Position numbers and translations under genes: made by a program. Source: Leptospira sp. (GTDB taxonomy: Bacteria; Spirochaetota; Leptospiria; Leptospirales; Leptospiraceae). Taken from it: DNA of 64,000 nt. Location of the stretch: contig JAWXAQ010000027.1 of assembly GCA_034439575.1 (NCBI GenBank), forward strand, positions 160,001 through 224,000, written 5' to 3'. A model generated the notes under the pieces. That model made no database searches. It was not told where the DNA came from and worked only from the letters and a program-made list of their open reading frames with translations. Below, in pieces: positions 43,675-53,762 of this stretch; position 1 is the stretch's first letter; each line of letters begins with the position of its first letter.

Positions 43675-44349
43675 TTATAAAATTCCTCCTAAATAGGAAT
43701 TTTGATTTTTAATGTATTGTATAAAACCAGCAGGAACTTCAGGTAAAACGGATTCTTGAACAGATGTTTTGTTTAAAAGTGTTTTAACCCATTTTTCTAA
43801 TTTTGGGAGCCCTTTATATAAATCCAAAAAGTCTGGTTTAACATCGATTAAATATTTGATTCTACCGAAGAAGGGAGCGAAAGCTGTATCTACCAAATGA
43901 AAGTTAAGGCCTGCGAAGTATTGGATATCTGAATTTGTATCTGGTAGAATATTTTCCAATTGAACAAATTTATTTTTGATAGATTCTCTATATTTTAAAT
44001 AATCTTTTTCTTCTTTTGATACACATAACATATATTGATCAGCAAGTAGGCTGCTTGCAAATTCTGTCCAAGATCTATGTTTAGCTTTAACAAGGGGATC
44101 CTTTGGATGAAGGCTTGGGGGTGTCACTTCATTTAGATATTCGTTTATGACGGCTGACTCAAACAAAACTTCCTCACCGACTTGAAGAGCCGGTACTCGC
44201 CCAAGTGGGGAAATTTTCAAAAACCAATCTGGTTTATTTGCCAGATCAATATATTCTATATCGAAAGGTATATTTTTTTCTTTGAGTGTGATCACCGATC
44301 TTTGCACATAAGGACATAATTTAAAGCTAATCAATTTGGGTTTAATCAT
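43675..44349 (-). CDS. Glutathione S-transferase (Cys-type, CPY motif)
   Basis: CPYVQR, KPDWF..ISPLGRVP, LFESAVINEYL. Confidence 0.92.
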   Translation of the reverse strand: MIKPKLISFKLCPYVQRSVITLKEKNIPFDIEYIDLANKPDWFLKISPLGRVPALQVGEEVLFESAVINEYLNEVTPPSLHPKDPLVKAKHRSWTEFASSLLADQYMLCVSKEEKDYLKYRESIKNKFVQLENILPDTNSDIQYFAGLNFHLVDTAFAPFFGRIKYLIDVKPDFLDLYKGLPKLEKWVKTLLNKTSVQESVLPEVPAGFIQYIKNQNSYLGGIL

Positions 44350-44358
44350 AGGTACTAA

Positions 44359-44640
44359 TTAGACTGAATTTCCATCTACTTCTGTGTCAATTTCCAAAGC
44401 ATGCAATCCAGATTTTAATTCATGGGATAGTAACTCATATATTTTTCTATGTTTGGCAAGGACGCTAAGCCCTGCGAGTGAGCTTGCCTTAATCCTTACT
44501 TGGTAATGGGTTTCCCCACTCGGGGATGCGCCAACATGACCCACATGCGCTAAAGAATTGTCAATGACTGAAAGATATTCCGGATGCAGGGCATTTTCTA
44601 TAATTTTCCGAATGCGTTCTAATCTAGTTTCTAATTCCAT
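44359..44640 (-). CDS. BolA family protein
   Basis: S.AH.GH, GETHY, HRKIY.LL, GLHALEI. Confidence 0.92.
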   Translation of the reverse strand: MELETRLERIRKIIENALHPEYLSVIDNSLAHVGHVGASPSGETHYQVRIKASSLAGLSVLAKHRKIYELLSHELKSGLHALEIDTEVDGNSV

Positions 44641-45394
44641 AACCTTTCTGCATCAAACGAACGTTAATTAAAAATAAAACTACACTCAAAATGGAAAGTA
44701 TGAAAAGGGAAAGATATACATTCACATCACTGATTCCTAAAAATCCATAACGAAATGCATTGACCATATAAAGGATAGGATTTCCAAAAGAAATCATTTG
44801 CCAAACCTCCGGCAAACTATGAATAGAATAAAAAACTCCGCCTAAATAAGTAAGGGGTGTGAGTATAAATGTGGGAATGATGGTGACATCATCAAATTTT
44901 TTAGCAAATAGTGAATTCAAAAAACCACCAAGGGAAAATAAAATGGATGTCAACAATACAGTGAACAATATCAAAAATCCATTATGAATCCGAAGTTTTG
45001 TGAAAAACATAGAAGTAAGGGTCACTAAAAATCCTACAGCCAATCCTCTAACAACACCACCAAATGTATAACCTAAAACGATCGTATAAGAAGAAGTAGG
45101 TGAAACGAGTAGTTCTTCTATATTTTTTTGCCATTTTGTGCCAAAAAATGAGGATACCACATTGCCATAAGCATTTGTAATCACACTCATCATAATGAGA
45201 CCTGGAACAATAAATTCTATATAAGTGAATTCACCGATTTTCCCAATTTGACGACCTACGAGTTCGCCAAAGATTAAAAAATAAAGTGACATGGTAATAA
45301 CGGGGGGAATCAGAGTTTGAATCCAAATTCGTATAATCCGAATCCATTCTTTTCTAACGATTGTTAATAGAGAGATAAGATTTTGTTTAAACAT
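44624..45394 (-). CDS. ABC-2 transporter permease (YadH-like)
   Basis: RIWIQTLIPP, FIVPGLIMMSVITNAY, IEELLVSP, PTFILTPLTYLGGVFY, NPILYMVNAFRYG. Confidence 0.9.
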   Translation of the reverse strand: MFKQNLISLLTIVRKEWIRIIRIWIQTLIPPVITMSLYFLIFGELVGRQIGKIGEFTYIEFIVPGLIMMSVITNAYGNVVSSFFGTKWQKNIEELLVSPTSSYTIVLGYTFGGVVRGLAVGFLVTLTSMFFTKLRIHNGFLILFTVLLTSILFSLGGFLNSLFAKKFDDVTIIPTFILTPLTYLGGVFYSIHSLPEVWQMISFGNPILYMVNAFRYGFLGISDVNVYLSLFILSILSVVLFLINVRLMQKGYGIRN

Positions 45395-46328
45395 TTGAGC
45401 CTCTTTTATTGGTTAGGCTAAGAAATAGTTCTTCTAAGCGATTTGATTTGTTTCTTAAACTAGAAACTTGAATTTTTAGTTTTGATAACTCAGAAAAAAG
45501 GTCATTGATCGATTGGCCTTTTTTGATTTGTACTTCTAAAGTTTTTTGATCTAACCATTGAAACGGAAATTTTTTGGAAATAGGATTTTTTTGCGGACGG
45601 TCCTTAACATCAATGACAAACGTTTCTTTGTTTAAGCTTTGAAGCAATTGTTTCATGGAAGTGTTTTCAACGATTTTTCCATGATCGATAATGGCGATAT
45701 TACGGCATAAGGACTCTGCTTCTTCTAAGTAATGAGTGGTAAGAATAATCGTTTTTCCTTGTGAGTTCAGATCGATCAAAAATTCCCACATGGACCTGCG
45801 AATTTCAATATCAACTCCCGCTGTTGGCTCATCCAGAATCAATATCTTCGGATCATGGACAAGGGCTCTTGCGATCATTAGGCGGCGTTTCATACCACCT
45901 GAAAGTTGGCCTGATTGGGATTTCCTTTTGTCGTATAGCGAAAGTTTGTCTAAAAAATAGTTTACTTGTTCAATGGCATTTTTTCTAGGTATTCCATAAT
46001 AACCCGCTTGATTGATTAAAATATTTTCGACAGACTCAAAGATACCAAAATTAAATTCTTGAGGAACAATGCCGAGAAAAGTTTTTGAAAGTTCCGGTGA
46101 TTCATCAATATTTACACCGCATATTTTGACTGTACCTTTCGTTTTAGTCACAAGAGAACTGAGTATGCTAATCGTTGTGGATTTACCAGCACCGTTTGGT
46201 CCAAGCAATGCGAAAAAATCACCATATTGTATTTGTAAGTCGATGGAGTTTAGTGCACGTACACCACTGGCATAGGTTTTTTCTAATCCTTGGATGTCGA
46301 TTGCATATTTTGAGGAGAGTTCTTTCAT
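45387..46328 (-). CDS. ABC transporter ATP-binding protein (YadG-like)
   Basis: GPNGAGKST, VPQEFNF, LSGGMKRRLMIARAL, DEPTAGVDIEIRR, NRLEELF. Confidence 0.92.
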   Translation of the reverse strand: MKELSSKYAIDIQGLEKTYASGVRALNSIDLQIQYGDFFALLGPNGAGKSTTISILSSLVTKTKGTVKICGVNIDESPELSKTFLGIVPQEFNFGIFESVENILINQAGYYGIPRKNAIEQVNYFLDKLSLYDKRKSQSGQLSGGMKRRLMIARALVHDPKILILDEPTAGVDIEIRRSMWEFLIDLNSQGKTIILTTHYLEEAESLCRNIAIIDHGKIVENTSMKQLLQSLNKETFVIDVKDRPQKNPISKKFPFQWLDQKTLEVQIKKGQSINDLFSELSKLKIQVSSLRNKSNRLEELFLSLTNKRGSNV

Positions 46329-47374
46329 TATTTTCCGACCAGTTTTCTTGTTAAGTGATGTGTTTCATAAGAATGTTTCATACCTAGTTTTCGTAATTTT
46401 CTTTGTTCTTCGTCAGGTAATTGAATCAATTGTCTACAGGATTCAGAACAACAATTTTCCATTTTGATTTCGCATTCTTCACATTGTACGAACAAAACAT
46501 GGCAACCTAAATTGGCACAATTCGTATGACGGTCGCTAGGTTTTCCGCACTCATAACAAACAGTGAGTACATCATCAGTGATTTTTTCACCCAAACGGTC
46601 ATCGAAAACAAAGTTTTTGCCTATAAATTTTGACTTTAACCCATGTTCTTTAATGACTTTTGCATATGAGATAATTCCGCCTTGCAATTGGTGTACATTG
46701 GAAAATCCTTTGTGTTTCAAGTAGGCACTAGCTTTTTCACAACGGATCCCACCCGTACAGTAGAGTAATATTTTTTTTTCCTTTTTATCGGCTAATGCTT
46801 CTTCCACCATTGGCAATTCTTCCCGGAATGATCCAGCATCAGGACAGATTGCATTTTCAAAATGACCGACTTCTGATTCATAATTATTGCGAAGATCAAC
46901 TACCAAGACATCCGGTTCAGCCAAGGCATTATGAAACTCTAGTGGTGAAAGGTGGGTTCCCACATCACTTGCGTTAAATGAATCGTCATTGAGTCCATCG
47001 GCTACGATTTTTTTACGAACTTTGATTTTTAATTTTAAAAATGAATCTTTTTTATCTTCTACGGCTTCATTAAAGTAGATATTGGCTAATTCTGGTATGG
47101 AATCAATTTGGCTTCGAAGATGATTGTATTCGTCAATAGGGATTGAAATTTGTGCGTTGATACCCTCAGAAGCTAGATAAATCCTGCCGAGGGTCCCAAG
47201 TGCAAATAAATTTTCATATAAAAAATCTCTAAACTCTATGGGATCATTGATTTTTACATATCTATAAAAGGATAAAACTTTTCTTTCTCTGGGATCACTT
47301 AGCACTTGTTTTTTGAGAGTTTCTTTGTCATATTTATTAAATAGTAGTTTTTTTTTCATTTTAATAAACCTCAT
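46328..47374 (-). CDS. trhO: Rhodanese-related tRNA uridine(34) hydroxylase TrhO/YceA
   Basis: SFYRY, GRIYLASEGINAQ, RNNYESEVGHF, YCTGGIRCEKAS, G.NFVFDDRL; start may be 47359. Confidence 0.88.
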   Translation of the reverse strand: MRFIKMKKKLLFNKYDKETLKKQVLSDPRERKVLSFYRYVKINDPIEFRDFLYENLFALGTLGRIYLASEGINAQISIPIDEYNHLRSQIDSIPELANIYFNEAVEDKKDSFLKLKIKVRKKIVADGLNDDSFNASDVGTHLSPLEFHNALAEPDVLVVDLRNNYESEVGHFENAICPDAGSFREELPMVEEALADKKEKKILLYCTGGIRCEKASAYLKHKGFSNVHQLQGGIISYAKVIKEHGLKSKFIGKNFVFDDRLGEKITDDVLTVCYECGKPSDRHTNCANLGCHVLFVQCEECEIKMENCCSESCRQLIQLPDEEQRKLRKLGMKHSYETHHLTRKLVGK

Positions 47375-48744
47375 TTTATAATCTGTGATTTTACTTTTCG
47401 AAAAGCATTTCTTGTGACTTCAGGAAGCGCTGGATGTATATAAATCATATTTAGAAGCTGGTCTAAGTTGGCTTTTAGATCCATAGCCAAGATCAATTGA
47501 TGGATCATATCACTTGCTTCGTCGCCGATGATATGTGCACCGAGGAGAGTTTCGGTTTCTTTATCTATTAGCACTTTTACAAAGCCTACATCAGACATTC
47601 TAGCCATTCCCATCGCAGAGGAGGAATAACGATTCACTCCCTTATAATACGGAATGTTCTTTGAAATTATTTCTTCTTCTGTTAGGCCCACACTTGCAAT
47701 CTGGGGATGAGTGAATACCGCAGAGGGTATGGATGGATATTGAATGGGTTCGCTAACATTTGCCTTGTAAAGATTTCGAAAAAGATATTCCCCTTCATAA
47801 TTTGCTGTATGTCGGAAAAAATATTTTCCTATCACATCACCAAAGGCAAAAACATCTTTAACATTCGTTTCTAAGTATTCATTTACTTGGATAAAACCTT
47901 TCTCATTCGTTTTGATCTCAGTATTTTGTAGATTCAAATTTTCTGTATTTGGTTGAATGCCAGTCGCCAAAAGTAACTTCTCTGCCTTGGAAGAAAATAT
48001 AGTTCCGTCTACTTTTGTTCCCGTTAGATGAAATTCATTGTCTTTGAATTCAATATGATCAATTGTAAAATGAGAATGGATCGGGAAGGGGAGAAACGCA
48101 TTCAATTCTTGTCGAATCTCACTATCCGCACCTCTTAAGATTTCAGTGCGAGTAAAACCTTCTACTTTACAACCATATCCTTGGTAGGCGGCACCTAACT
48201 CAAGTCCTATAAATCCAGCACCAATCACGATCATGGATTTAGGTAAATTTTTTGCTTGGAGGGCATCACGGGATGTCCAGTAAGGGGTATTTGCTAGACC
48301 TGGAATCTCAGGAATATGGGGTCTAGTCCCTGTAACAATGAATATATGTTTGGCGGTAAAATTCTTTCCGCCCGCTTCGATTACCTTATTTGATATGAAC
48401 TTGGCCTGCAGGGGAAAATAATCAATGTTTGGATTTTTTTCATAAGCCTCGGGAATTGATGCCGCATCCTGAGCAACGGTTTGATTCACCCTAGATATGA
48501 TTTTCGAAAAATCCGCAACCGGACGATTTGCAAAATGTATCGGGAATTTTTTTGAAGTGTCACTCGCGAAGAGTAGTTCAGTGGGATAGATTAACATCTT
48601 GGAGGGAATGCAACCGCGATTCAGGCAGGTTCCCCCTGGCGTTTCCATTTCAAAAACGGCAACTTTTTTGCCTATTTGGGACGGCGGTGTGACAAGTTTT
48701 GTACCAGCACCCGCGCCAATGACGATGATGTCATATTCTTTCAT
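47371..48744 (-). CDS. Class-I pyridine nucleotide-disulfide oxidoreductase (mycothione reductase/Lpd-like)
   Basis: IGAG, GGTCLNRGCIPSK, IGAGFIGLE, AFGD, C-terminal YIHPALPE. Confidence 0.88.
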   Translation of the reverse strand: MKEYDIIVIGAGAGTKLVTPPSQIGKKVAVFEMETPGGTCLNRGCIPSKMLIYPTELLFASDTSKKFPIHFANRPVADFSKIISRVNQTVAQDAASIPEAYEKNPNIDYFPLQAKFISNKVIEAGGKNFTAKHIFIVTGTRPHIPEIPGLANTPYWTSRDALQAKNLPKSMIVIGAGFIGLELGAAYQGYGCKVEGFTRTEILRGADSEIRQELNAFLPFPIHSHFTIDHIEFKDNEFHLTGTKVDGTIFSSKAEKLLLATGIQPNTENLNLQNTEIKTNEKGFIQVNEYLETNVKDVFAFGDVIGKYFFRHTANYEGEYLFRNLYKANVSEPIQYPSIPSAVFTHPQIASVGLTEEEIISKNIPYYKGVNRYSSSAMGMARMSDVGFVKVLIDKETETLLGAHIIGDEASDMIHQLILAMDLKANLDQLLNMIYIHPALPEVTRNAFRKVKSQIIK

Positions 48745-48813
48745 GGTCGTTTGTTACATGGAATGAAACCTAGTATTTTCTGTAAATCCAGCTAAAACCA
48801 AAGTAAACAATTT

Positions 48814-49575
48814 TCAGGGAATAAAAGGATTTTTACGGCCTTGGATTCGTTCTATAATTTCATTCTTTCGTATCTCGAATGCATCTGCAGGGTCAATTTC
48901 ATTCCAATTTTCATAGAGTTTACGTTTGTCATTGGCAATTGGAATCGCCCATTGTTTTTCCATATATAAATAAATGCGAGCAATGTCTCCCCGAATGGTT
49001 TCCCTCGGTTCTGCCAATTTTTCTTTGAAGTCTACTTCAAAATCACAAATCCCATAGTTTCGTTTTTCACCAGGAATGATTCCAAAATCATAATTGCCCC
49101 GATCATTATTGATCTCACCGGGAGCGGGAACTAAGTTGTGTAAGTCGGCCTCGATTTCACGAAAGACAGGATCAGTTCCTTCACAACACTTACGTCCTTT
49201 TACTTTTTTTCCAGAGACTTCGCAATTCGTATCTGTCCAACAGCTTCTATTTTTTCCAAAGGCATGAGCAGGGACAATATGTTCCCATTCAATTAAAAAA
49301 CTTCGATCACTACCCGTTCTGGATTTTAATCCACAGTCATCATGGATTTGAAACCTTCCCTCCAAATCCTTGTGAGGTGAAAACTGACATCCACAATAAA
49401 ATTCCACTCCAACATTTTTATAAATTCGCCTGAGGAATTTTTTTGCCCTTTGAAAATCAGAAACAACAGTTTTTTTAGAAGGTGTTTCTTCGCCAATGAT
49501 TTGAGAAATAAAAATGGAAATAAGTAGCAATGAAAATGTGAGAAAAACAAAAATGAATTTGTTAGATTGATTCAT
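48814..49575 (-). CDS. Endonuclease I (EndA/NucM family), exported
   Basis: FYCGC, IEWEHIVPA, EADLHNLVPA.GEINNDRGN, RGDIARIY.YM, QG..NPF. Confidence 0.92.
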   Translation of the reverse strand: MNQSNKFIFVFLTFSLLLISIFISQIIGEETPSKKTVVSDFQRAKKFLRRIYKNVGVEFYCGCQFSPHKDLEGRFQIHDDCGLKSRTGSDRSFLIEWEHIVPAHAFGKNRSCWTDTNCEVSGKKVKGRKCCEGTDPVFREIEADLHNLVPAPGEINNDRGNYDFGIIPGEKRNYGICDFEVDFKEKLAEPRETIRGDIARIYLYMEKQWAIPIANDKRKLYENWNEIDPADAFEIRKNEIIERIQGRKNPFIP

Positions 49576-49588
49576 ATTAAATTTTATT

Positions 49589-50392
49589 TTACCATTTATC
49601 TCGGACAGAACGCAGGTAGATAAATAAATTTTCTTCAGATTTTAAAACATCTGGTGGCATATTCTGAAAATACTCTGGGTTACTTTCCATAACTTCCCTT
49701 AAACGAAAGAAAGGGTTTATTTTTAGTTCTTGGCCATACTCTGAGACGAAAGGTGAAGTTTCGCTATGATAGGTTCGGATTAAATTTTCTATTTCCGTGA
49801 GATAATGATTTTTCGGATCTACTTCTTTTGCAAATTTGATATTGTTTTCCCAATAGTCATGACCTGGATATAATTTCATTTCCAATGGAAATTGATTCAA
49901 TTTATTCTTTATGGTTTCAAATAATACTTTTGGTTCCCCACCTCGGTAACAATTTCCGACACCTGCATTAAAAAGAGTATCTCCCGAGAAGAGTGCCACA
50001 GTTTTTTTGGAAGTTTGTAGCACATAACAGTGATGACAAAAGGTATGGCCAGGTGTCTCAAGAGCAATTATCTTTGATTCATCATTTTCAAAGGCGATTT
50101 CATTATCTTTTATGACTTCATCTAGACCTGGTATTTTTTCTTTGGCACCAGGATGAGCTTTAACAATGGCACCTGTTTCTTCTTTTAATTCTAAGTTGCC
50201 TGCAACATGATCATGGTGTTCATGTGTATTTAAAATACTAACTAACTTTAGTTTTTTTTGTCGCAGAAAAGTGATTACGCTTTTTGATTCGAAAGGATCT
50301 ATACAAATTGCCTCTCCGCTTGTGTCAGAATAAACTACATAGGTATAATTCCGAAGCGGAGAGTGAGTGTAAATTTGTTGTACACTCAACAT
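49589..50392 (-). CDS. gloB: Hydroxyacylglutathione hydrolase (glyoxalase II)-like MBL protein
   Basis: NTHEHHDHVAG, TPGHT..H, FSGDTLF.AG.G, YPGHDY, E..INPF. Confidence 0.82.
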   Translation of the reverse strand: MLSVQQIYTHSPLRNYTYVVYSDTSGEAICIDPFESKSVITFLRQKKLKLVSILNTHEHHDHVAGNLELKEETGAIVKAHPGAKEKIPGLDEVIKDNEIAFENDESKIIALETPGHTFCHHCYVLQTSKKTVALFSGDTLFNAGVGNCYRGGEPKVLFETIKNKLNQFPLEMKLYPGHDYWENNIKFAKEVDPKNHYLTEIENLIRTYHSETSPFVSEYGQELKINPFFRLREVMESNPEYFQNMPPDVLKSEENLFIYLRSVRDKW

Positions 50393-50398
50393 AAGAAT

Positions 50399-51622
50399 TT
50401 AATATAGAATTCTTGTTCTTATGGAATTTGGATGCGCCTTAATTTTGTTTTTTAACTCATCACCGAGATTTTTATCAATTTCCATAGACAGATAACCTAT
50501 GTTTGCTGATGTACTTAAGTTTTGGGTTAAAATATTTCCACCGAGATCAGAAATGATATGATTAATATCTCTTAAAAAACCTGGTTGGTTTTTATGGATA
50601 TTGAGTATTCTGTGGTGAGCTGGTTTCAAATTTCCAAGTTCAATGTTCGGAAAATTGACTGCAAAAGTTGTGGATCCATTATTGATAAATTTCAATAATT
50701 TCTGAGCCACTTCAGTTCCAATGTTTTTTTGAGCCTCTTCCGTCGAACCACCAACATGCGGTGTTAGAATCACATTTGGTAATCCTTGCAATGGGCTTTT
50801 GAATGGATCATCATTTGACTTTGGCTCTTCTGGAAAAACATCAATGCCCGCACCAGCAATTTTTCCCGATTTTAAACCTTCTGCCAAAGCTTCGATGTTT
50901 ACTACTTTACCTCGAGATAAATTTAATAGATATGATCCTTGTTTTATGATGTTTAAATGTTCTTTTCTAAAAAGATCTTGGGTCTCTGGAGTTTCGGGAA
51001 CATGATAGGTAATAAAATCTGAAAGTGTTAATAATTCTTCGTATGTTGCCACCGAACTCGCATTACCCAAAGGCAACTTTGACATCACATCAAAAAAAAC
51101 AACTTTTAGACCCATAGATTCTGCAAGAACAGAAACTTGCGATCCGATATGTCCATAGCCTACAATTCCTAAAGTTTTTCCTCTAACTTCAAAACATCCT
51201 TTGGCGATCTTATTCCACTTGCCCAAATGGACATCTCGCGATTGGTCTGTAGCCTTTCTTGCAAGCATGATGATCTCGGCTATAACGAGTTCGGCGACAG
51301 AACGAGTGTTGCTATATGGTGCATTAAAAACAGGAACGGCAATTTTTTCTGCCTCTTCCAAATCTACTTGATTCGTCCCAATACAAAAACAACCGATGGT
51401 TAATAGTCTTCTTGCATTTTTTAGAGCTTTGGCAGTAACGTTTGTTTTACTTCTAATCCCTAGAACATGTACTTCGCCAATGCGTCTCGTTAGTTCATCT
51501 TCTTCGAGAGCATCTTTTTCTAGAGTCACATCGAAGCCGTCTCTTTGAAAAATTTCATAGGCATCTTTGTGAATATTTTCGAGTAATAGGACTTTTATTT
51601 TTCCCTTAGGGTAAGATTCCAT
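50399..51622 (-). CDS. serA: D-3-phosphoglycerate dehydrogenase with ACT domain
   Basis: GIRSKT, GCFCIGTNQVDL, NAPYSNTRSVAELV, GYGHIG, LTPHVGGSTEEAQ, IHKNQPG. Confidence 0.96.
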   Translation of the reverse strand: MESYPKGKIKVLLLENIHKDAYEIFQRDGFDVTLEKDALEEDELTRRIGEVHVLGIRSKTNVTAKALKNARRLLTIGCFCIGTNQVDLEEAEKIAVPVFNAPYSNTRSVAELVIAEIIMLARKATDQSRDVHLGKWNKIAKGCFEVRGKTLGIVGYGHIGSQVSVLAESMGLKVVFFDVMSKLPLGNASSVATYEELLTLSDFITYHVPETPETQDLFRKEHLNIIKQGSYLLNLSRGKVVNIEALAEGLKSGKIAGAGIDVFPEEPKSNDDPFKSPLQGLPNVILTPHVGGSTEEAQKNIGTEVAQKLLKFINNGSTTFAVNFPNIELGNLKPAHHRILNIHKNQPGFLRDINHIISDLGGNILTQNLSTSANIGYLSMEIDKNLGDELKNKIKAHPNSIRTRILY

Positions 51623-51680
51623 ATAAGAACAAGATTTTTTCCTTTGCGAAAGCTTGCATCTCGAAAAAGATGAGAATCAA

Positions 51681-52229
51681 ATGGAAAGATTTCGTAAAAT
51701 TAGTTCGGTAATTTTTGTTTTTAGCCTTCTTTGCCTATCCTTTGTAAATTGTTCGTCATCAAAAGCCTATACGATACAGTATGAGCCCACACTCGAACAA
51801 TTGGTCTCAGAAACAGAGGAAATCTGTTTGAATCGAAGACTTTTTATCTTCTCTGCAAGGCCTTGTCTTATTTTACGTGGGGAAAAAGACAATGCTTCCT
51901 CCGTCATTCAATACTACCTTCGTTATGAGATTGGTTCTTTTGATGTAGATCTTCCTCTTGGAATTTCCATGAAGTTTGGAGATGTGTGGCACAATTTAAA
52001 AAAATCTGCGACAAACTATTCTGATACCATAACCGTCGTTTCACTTTTTACAAATGAAGATTTGTTGGCACTCACTTCCTCATCGAAAATGGAATTGAGT
52101 TATACGAACAGAGCAAAGACAGAAAATTTCAAACTAAGTGACTCAGATGTTTCTAAAGTAAAGGATGGATTTGTCAAAATTCAAAGATTACTAGAATCTG
52201 AAAAAAAAATGACGATCTTAAAAAAGTAA
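51681..52229 (+). CDS. Putative lipoprotein of unknown function
   Basis: MERFRK + hydrophobic stretch + SFVNC lipobox-like site; ATG at 51681. Confidence 0.65.
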   Translation: MERFRKISSVIFVFSLLCLSFVNCSSSKAYTIQYEPTLEQLVSETEEICLNRRLFIFSARPCLILRGEKDNASSVIQYYLRYEIGSFDVDLPLGISMKFGDVWHNLKKSATNYSDTITVVSLFTNEDLLALTSSSKMELSYTNRAKTENFKLSDSDVSKVKDGFVKIQRLLESEKKMTILKK

Positions 52230-52235
52230 AACTAA

Positions 52236-52255
52236 ATGGGGAGAGGGCTCCCCAT
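52236..52255. terminator. Hairpin between convergent lipoprotein gene and lysS, probable terminator
   Basis: ATGGGGAG-AGGG-CTCCCCAT perfect 8-bp stem; minus strand continues TTAGTTTT. Confidence 0.65.
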
Positions 52256-52265
52256 AAAAATTCTC

Positions 52266-53762
52266 TTATACTTCTGGTCGCATCAATGGAAAGAGAATGG
52301 TATCTCTTATTGAATGAGAATCCGTAAGTAACATCACCAAACGATCGATTCCGATGCCAAGTCCACCTGTTGGTGGAAGACCATATTCTAATGCACGAAT
52401 ATAGTCTTCATCCATCATAAAGGCTTCATCGTCCCCAGCTTCCCTTTGTTTTACTTGTTCTTCAAATCTTTCTTTTTGATCAAATGGATCATTTAATTCA
52501 GTGAAGGCATTGCCAATTTCTCTACCAGCCACATAAGGTTCAAAGCGTTCCACATAACGAGGGTCATCTTCCCTTGATTTTGCCAATGGTGATAATTCTT
52601 TTGGAAAATCAGTAATGAATATCGGCTGAATTAAAAATGGTTCGACGAGTTTGCTGAACACTTCATCACAAACTTTCCAAATAGATACGCATTCATCGGC
52701 ATCCACTTTTACTGCCTTAGCCTTTGACTTAGCTTCTTCTAAAGTTTGGATCAAACTAAAATCGATGCCTGAATATTCTTTGATGATATTAACATACTTG
52801 ATACGTTTCCATGGGGCGGAGATATCGATCATTTCTTTGCCATAGGCAAATTTTGTCCCTTTACCAATAGCCTCTGCCACAGTTATTATCATTCGCTCTG
52901 TTAGGCTGAGCATGCTTTCCATATCACCAAACGCCATATAAGCTTCCATCATGGTAAATTCAGGGTTGTGTTTTGTGGAAATTCCTTCATTACGAAAGTT
53001 TCTATTGAGCTCAAAAACACGATCCATTCCACCGACGATGAGCCTCTTTAAATAAAGTTCTGGTGCAATTCGTAAAAATAAATTCAAATCTAAAGTATTA
53101 TGATGTGTGACAAAAGGTCTTGCCGCAGCACCCCCTGCAATTGGTTGCATCATTGGGGTTTCTACTTCCAAAAATCCTTCGTTAGTCAAAAATTTTCGTA
53201 TTTCAGATACTATGCGTGAACGCATTTTAAATGTTTCACGGACTTGGTCATTCACAACTAAGTCCACATAACGCATACGATACCTTTGTTCTACGTCAGA
53301 AAAAGCATCAAAAATAACACCATCTTTTTCTTTTACGACTGGTAATGGTCTGACACATTTTGCAAGCAATGTGACAGATGTTAAGTGTAATGTGGTCTCG
53401 CCTTTTTGTGTTTGAAAAAGCCATCCCTCTATACCAATCCAATCTCCTAAATCGAGTGATTTGAATAGGGAATAATTTTCTTCCCCGAGATCATCTCTTG
53501 TTGCATAGAGTTGAATCAATCCGTCTCTGTCTTTTAGGTGAGCAAAACTAGCTTTACCCATAACACGTTTGCCATGTAATCTGCCACCTAACTTAAAACT
53601 GACTTTTTCTGTCTTTGTGGCATCAAAATTTTTTATTAAGTCTAAAGAATACGCGTTTGGAAAAAATCGAAGAGGGTAGGGATTTATTCCCTTAGCCTTA
53701 CAATCTTTTATTTTTTGGATCCTTTGTTGGATTAATTCATTTGTGTCTTTTACTTCATCCAT
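52266..53762 (-). CDS. lysS: Lysine--tRNA ligase (class II)
   Basis: [61 protein letters not shown]. Confidence 0.99.
   Translation of the reverse strand: MDEVKDTNELIQQRIQKIKDCKAKGINPYPLRFFPNAYSLDLIKNFDATKTEKVSFKLGGRLHGKRVMGKASFAHLKDRDGLIQLYATRDDLGEENYSLFKSLDLGDWIGIEGWLFQTQKGETTLHLTSVTLLAKCVRPLPVVKEKDGVIFDAFSDVEQRYRMRYVDLVVNDQVRETFKMRSRIVSEIRKFLTNEGFLEVETPMMQPIAGGAAARPFVTHHNTLDLNLFLRIAPELYLKRLIVGGMDRVFELNRNFRNEGISTKHNPEFTMMEAYMAFGDMESMLSLTERMIITVAEAIGKGTKFAYGKEMIDISAPWKRIKYVNIIKEYSGIDFSLIQTLEEAKSKAKAVKVDADECVSIWKVCDEVFSKLVEPFLIQPIFITDFPKELSPLAKSREDDPRYVERFEPYVAGREIGNAFTELNDPFDQKERFEEQVKQREAGDDEAFMMDEDYIRALEYGLPPTGGLGIGIDRLVMLLTDSHSIRDTILFPLMRPEV

Noticed and set aside
48814..49575. Endonuclease I as a defence system component
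   Set aside because: Ordinary exported EndA-family nuclease with no defence-type neighbours
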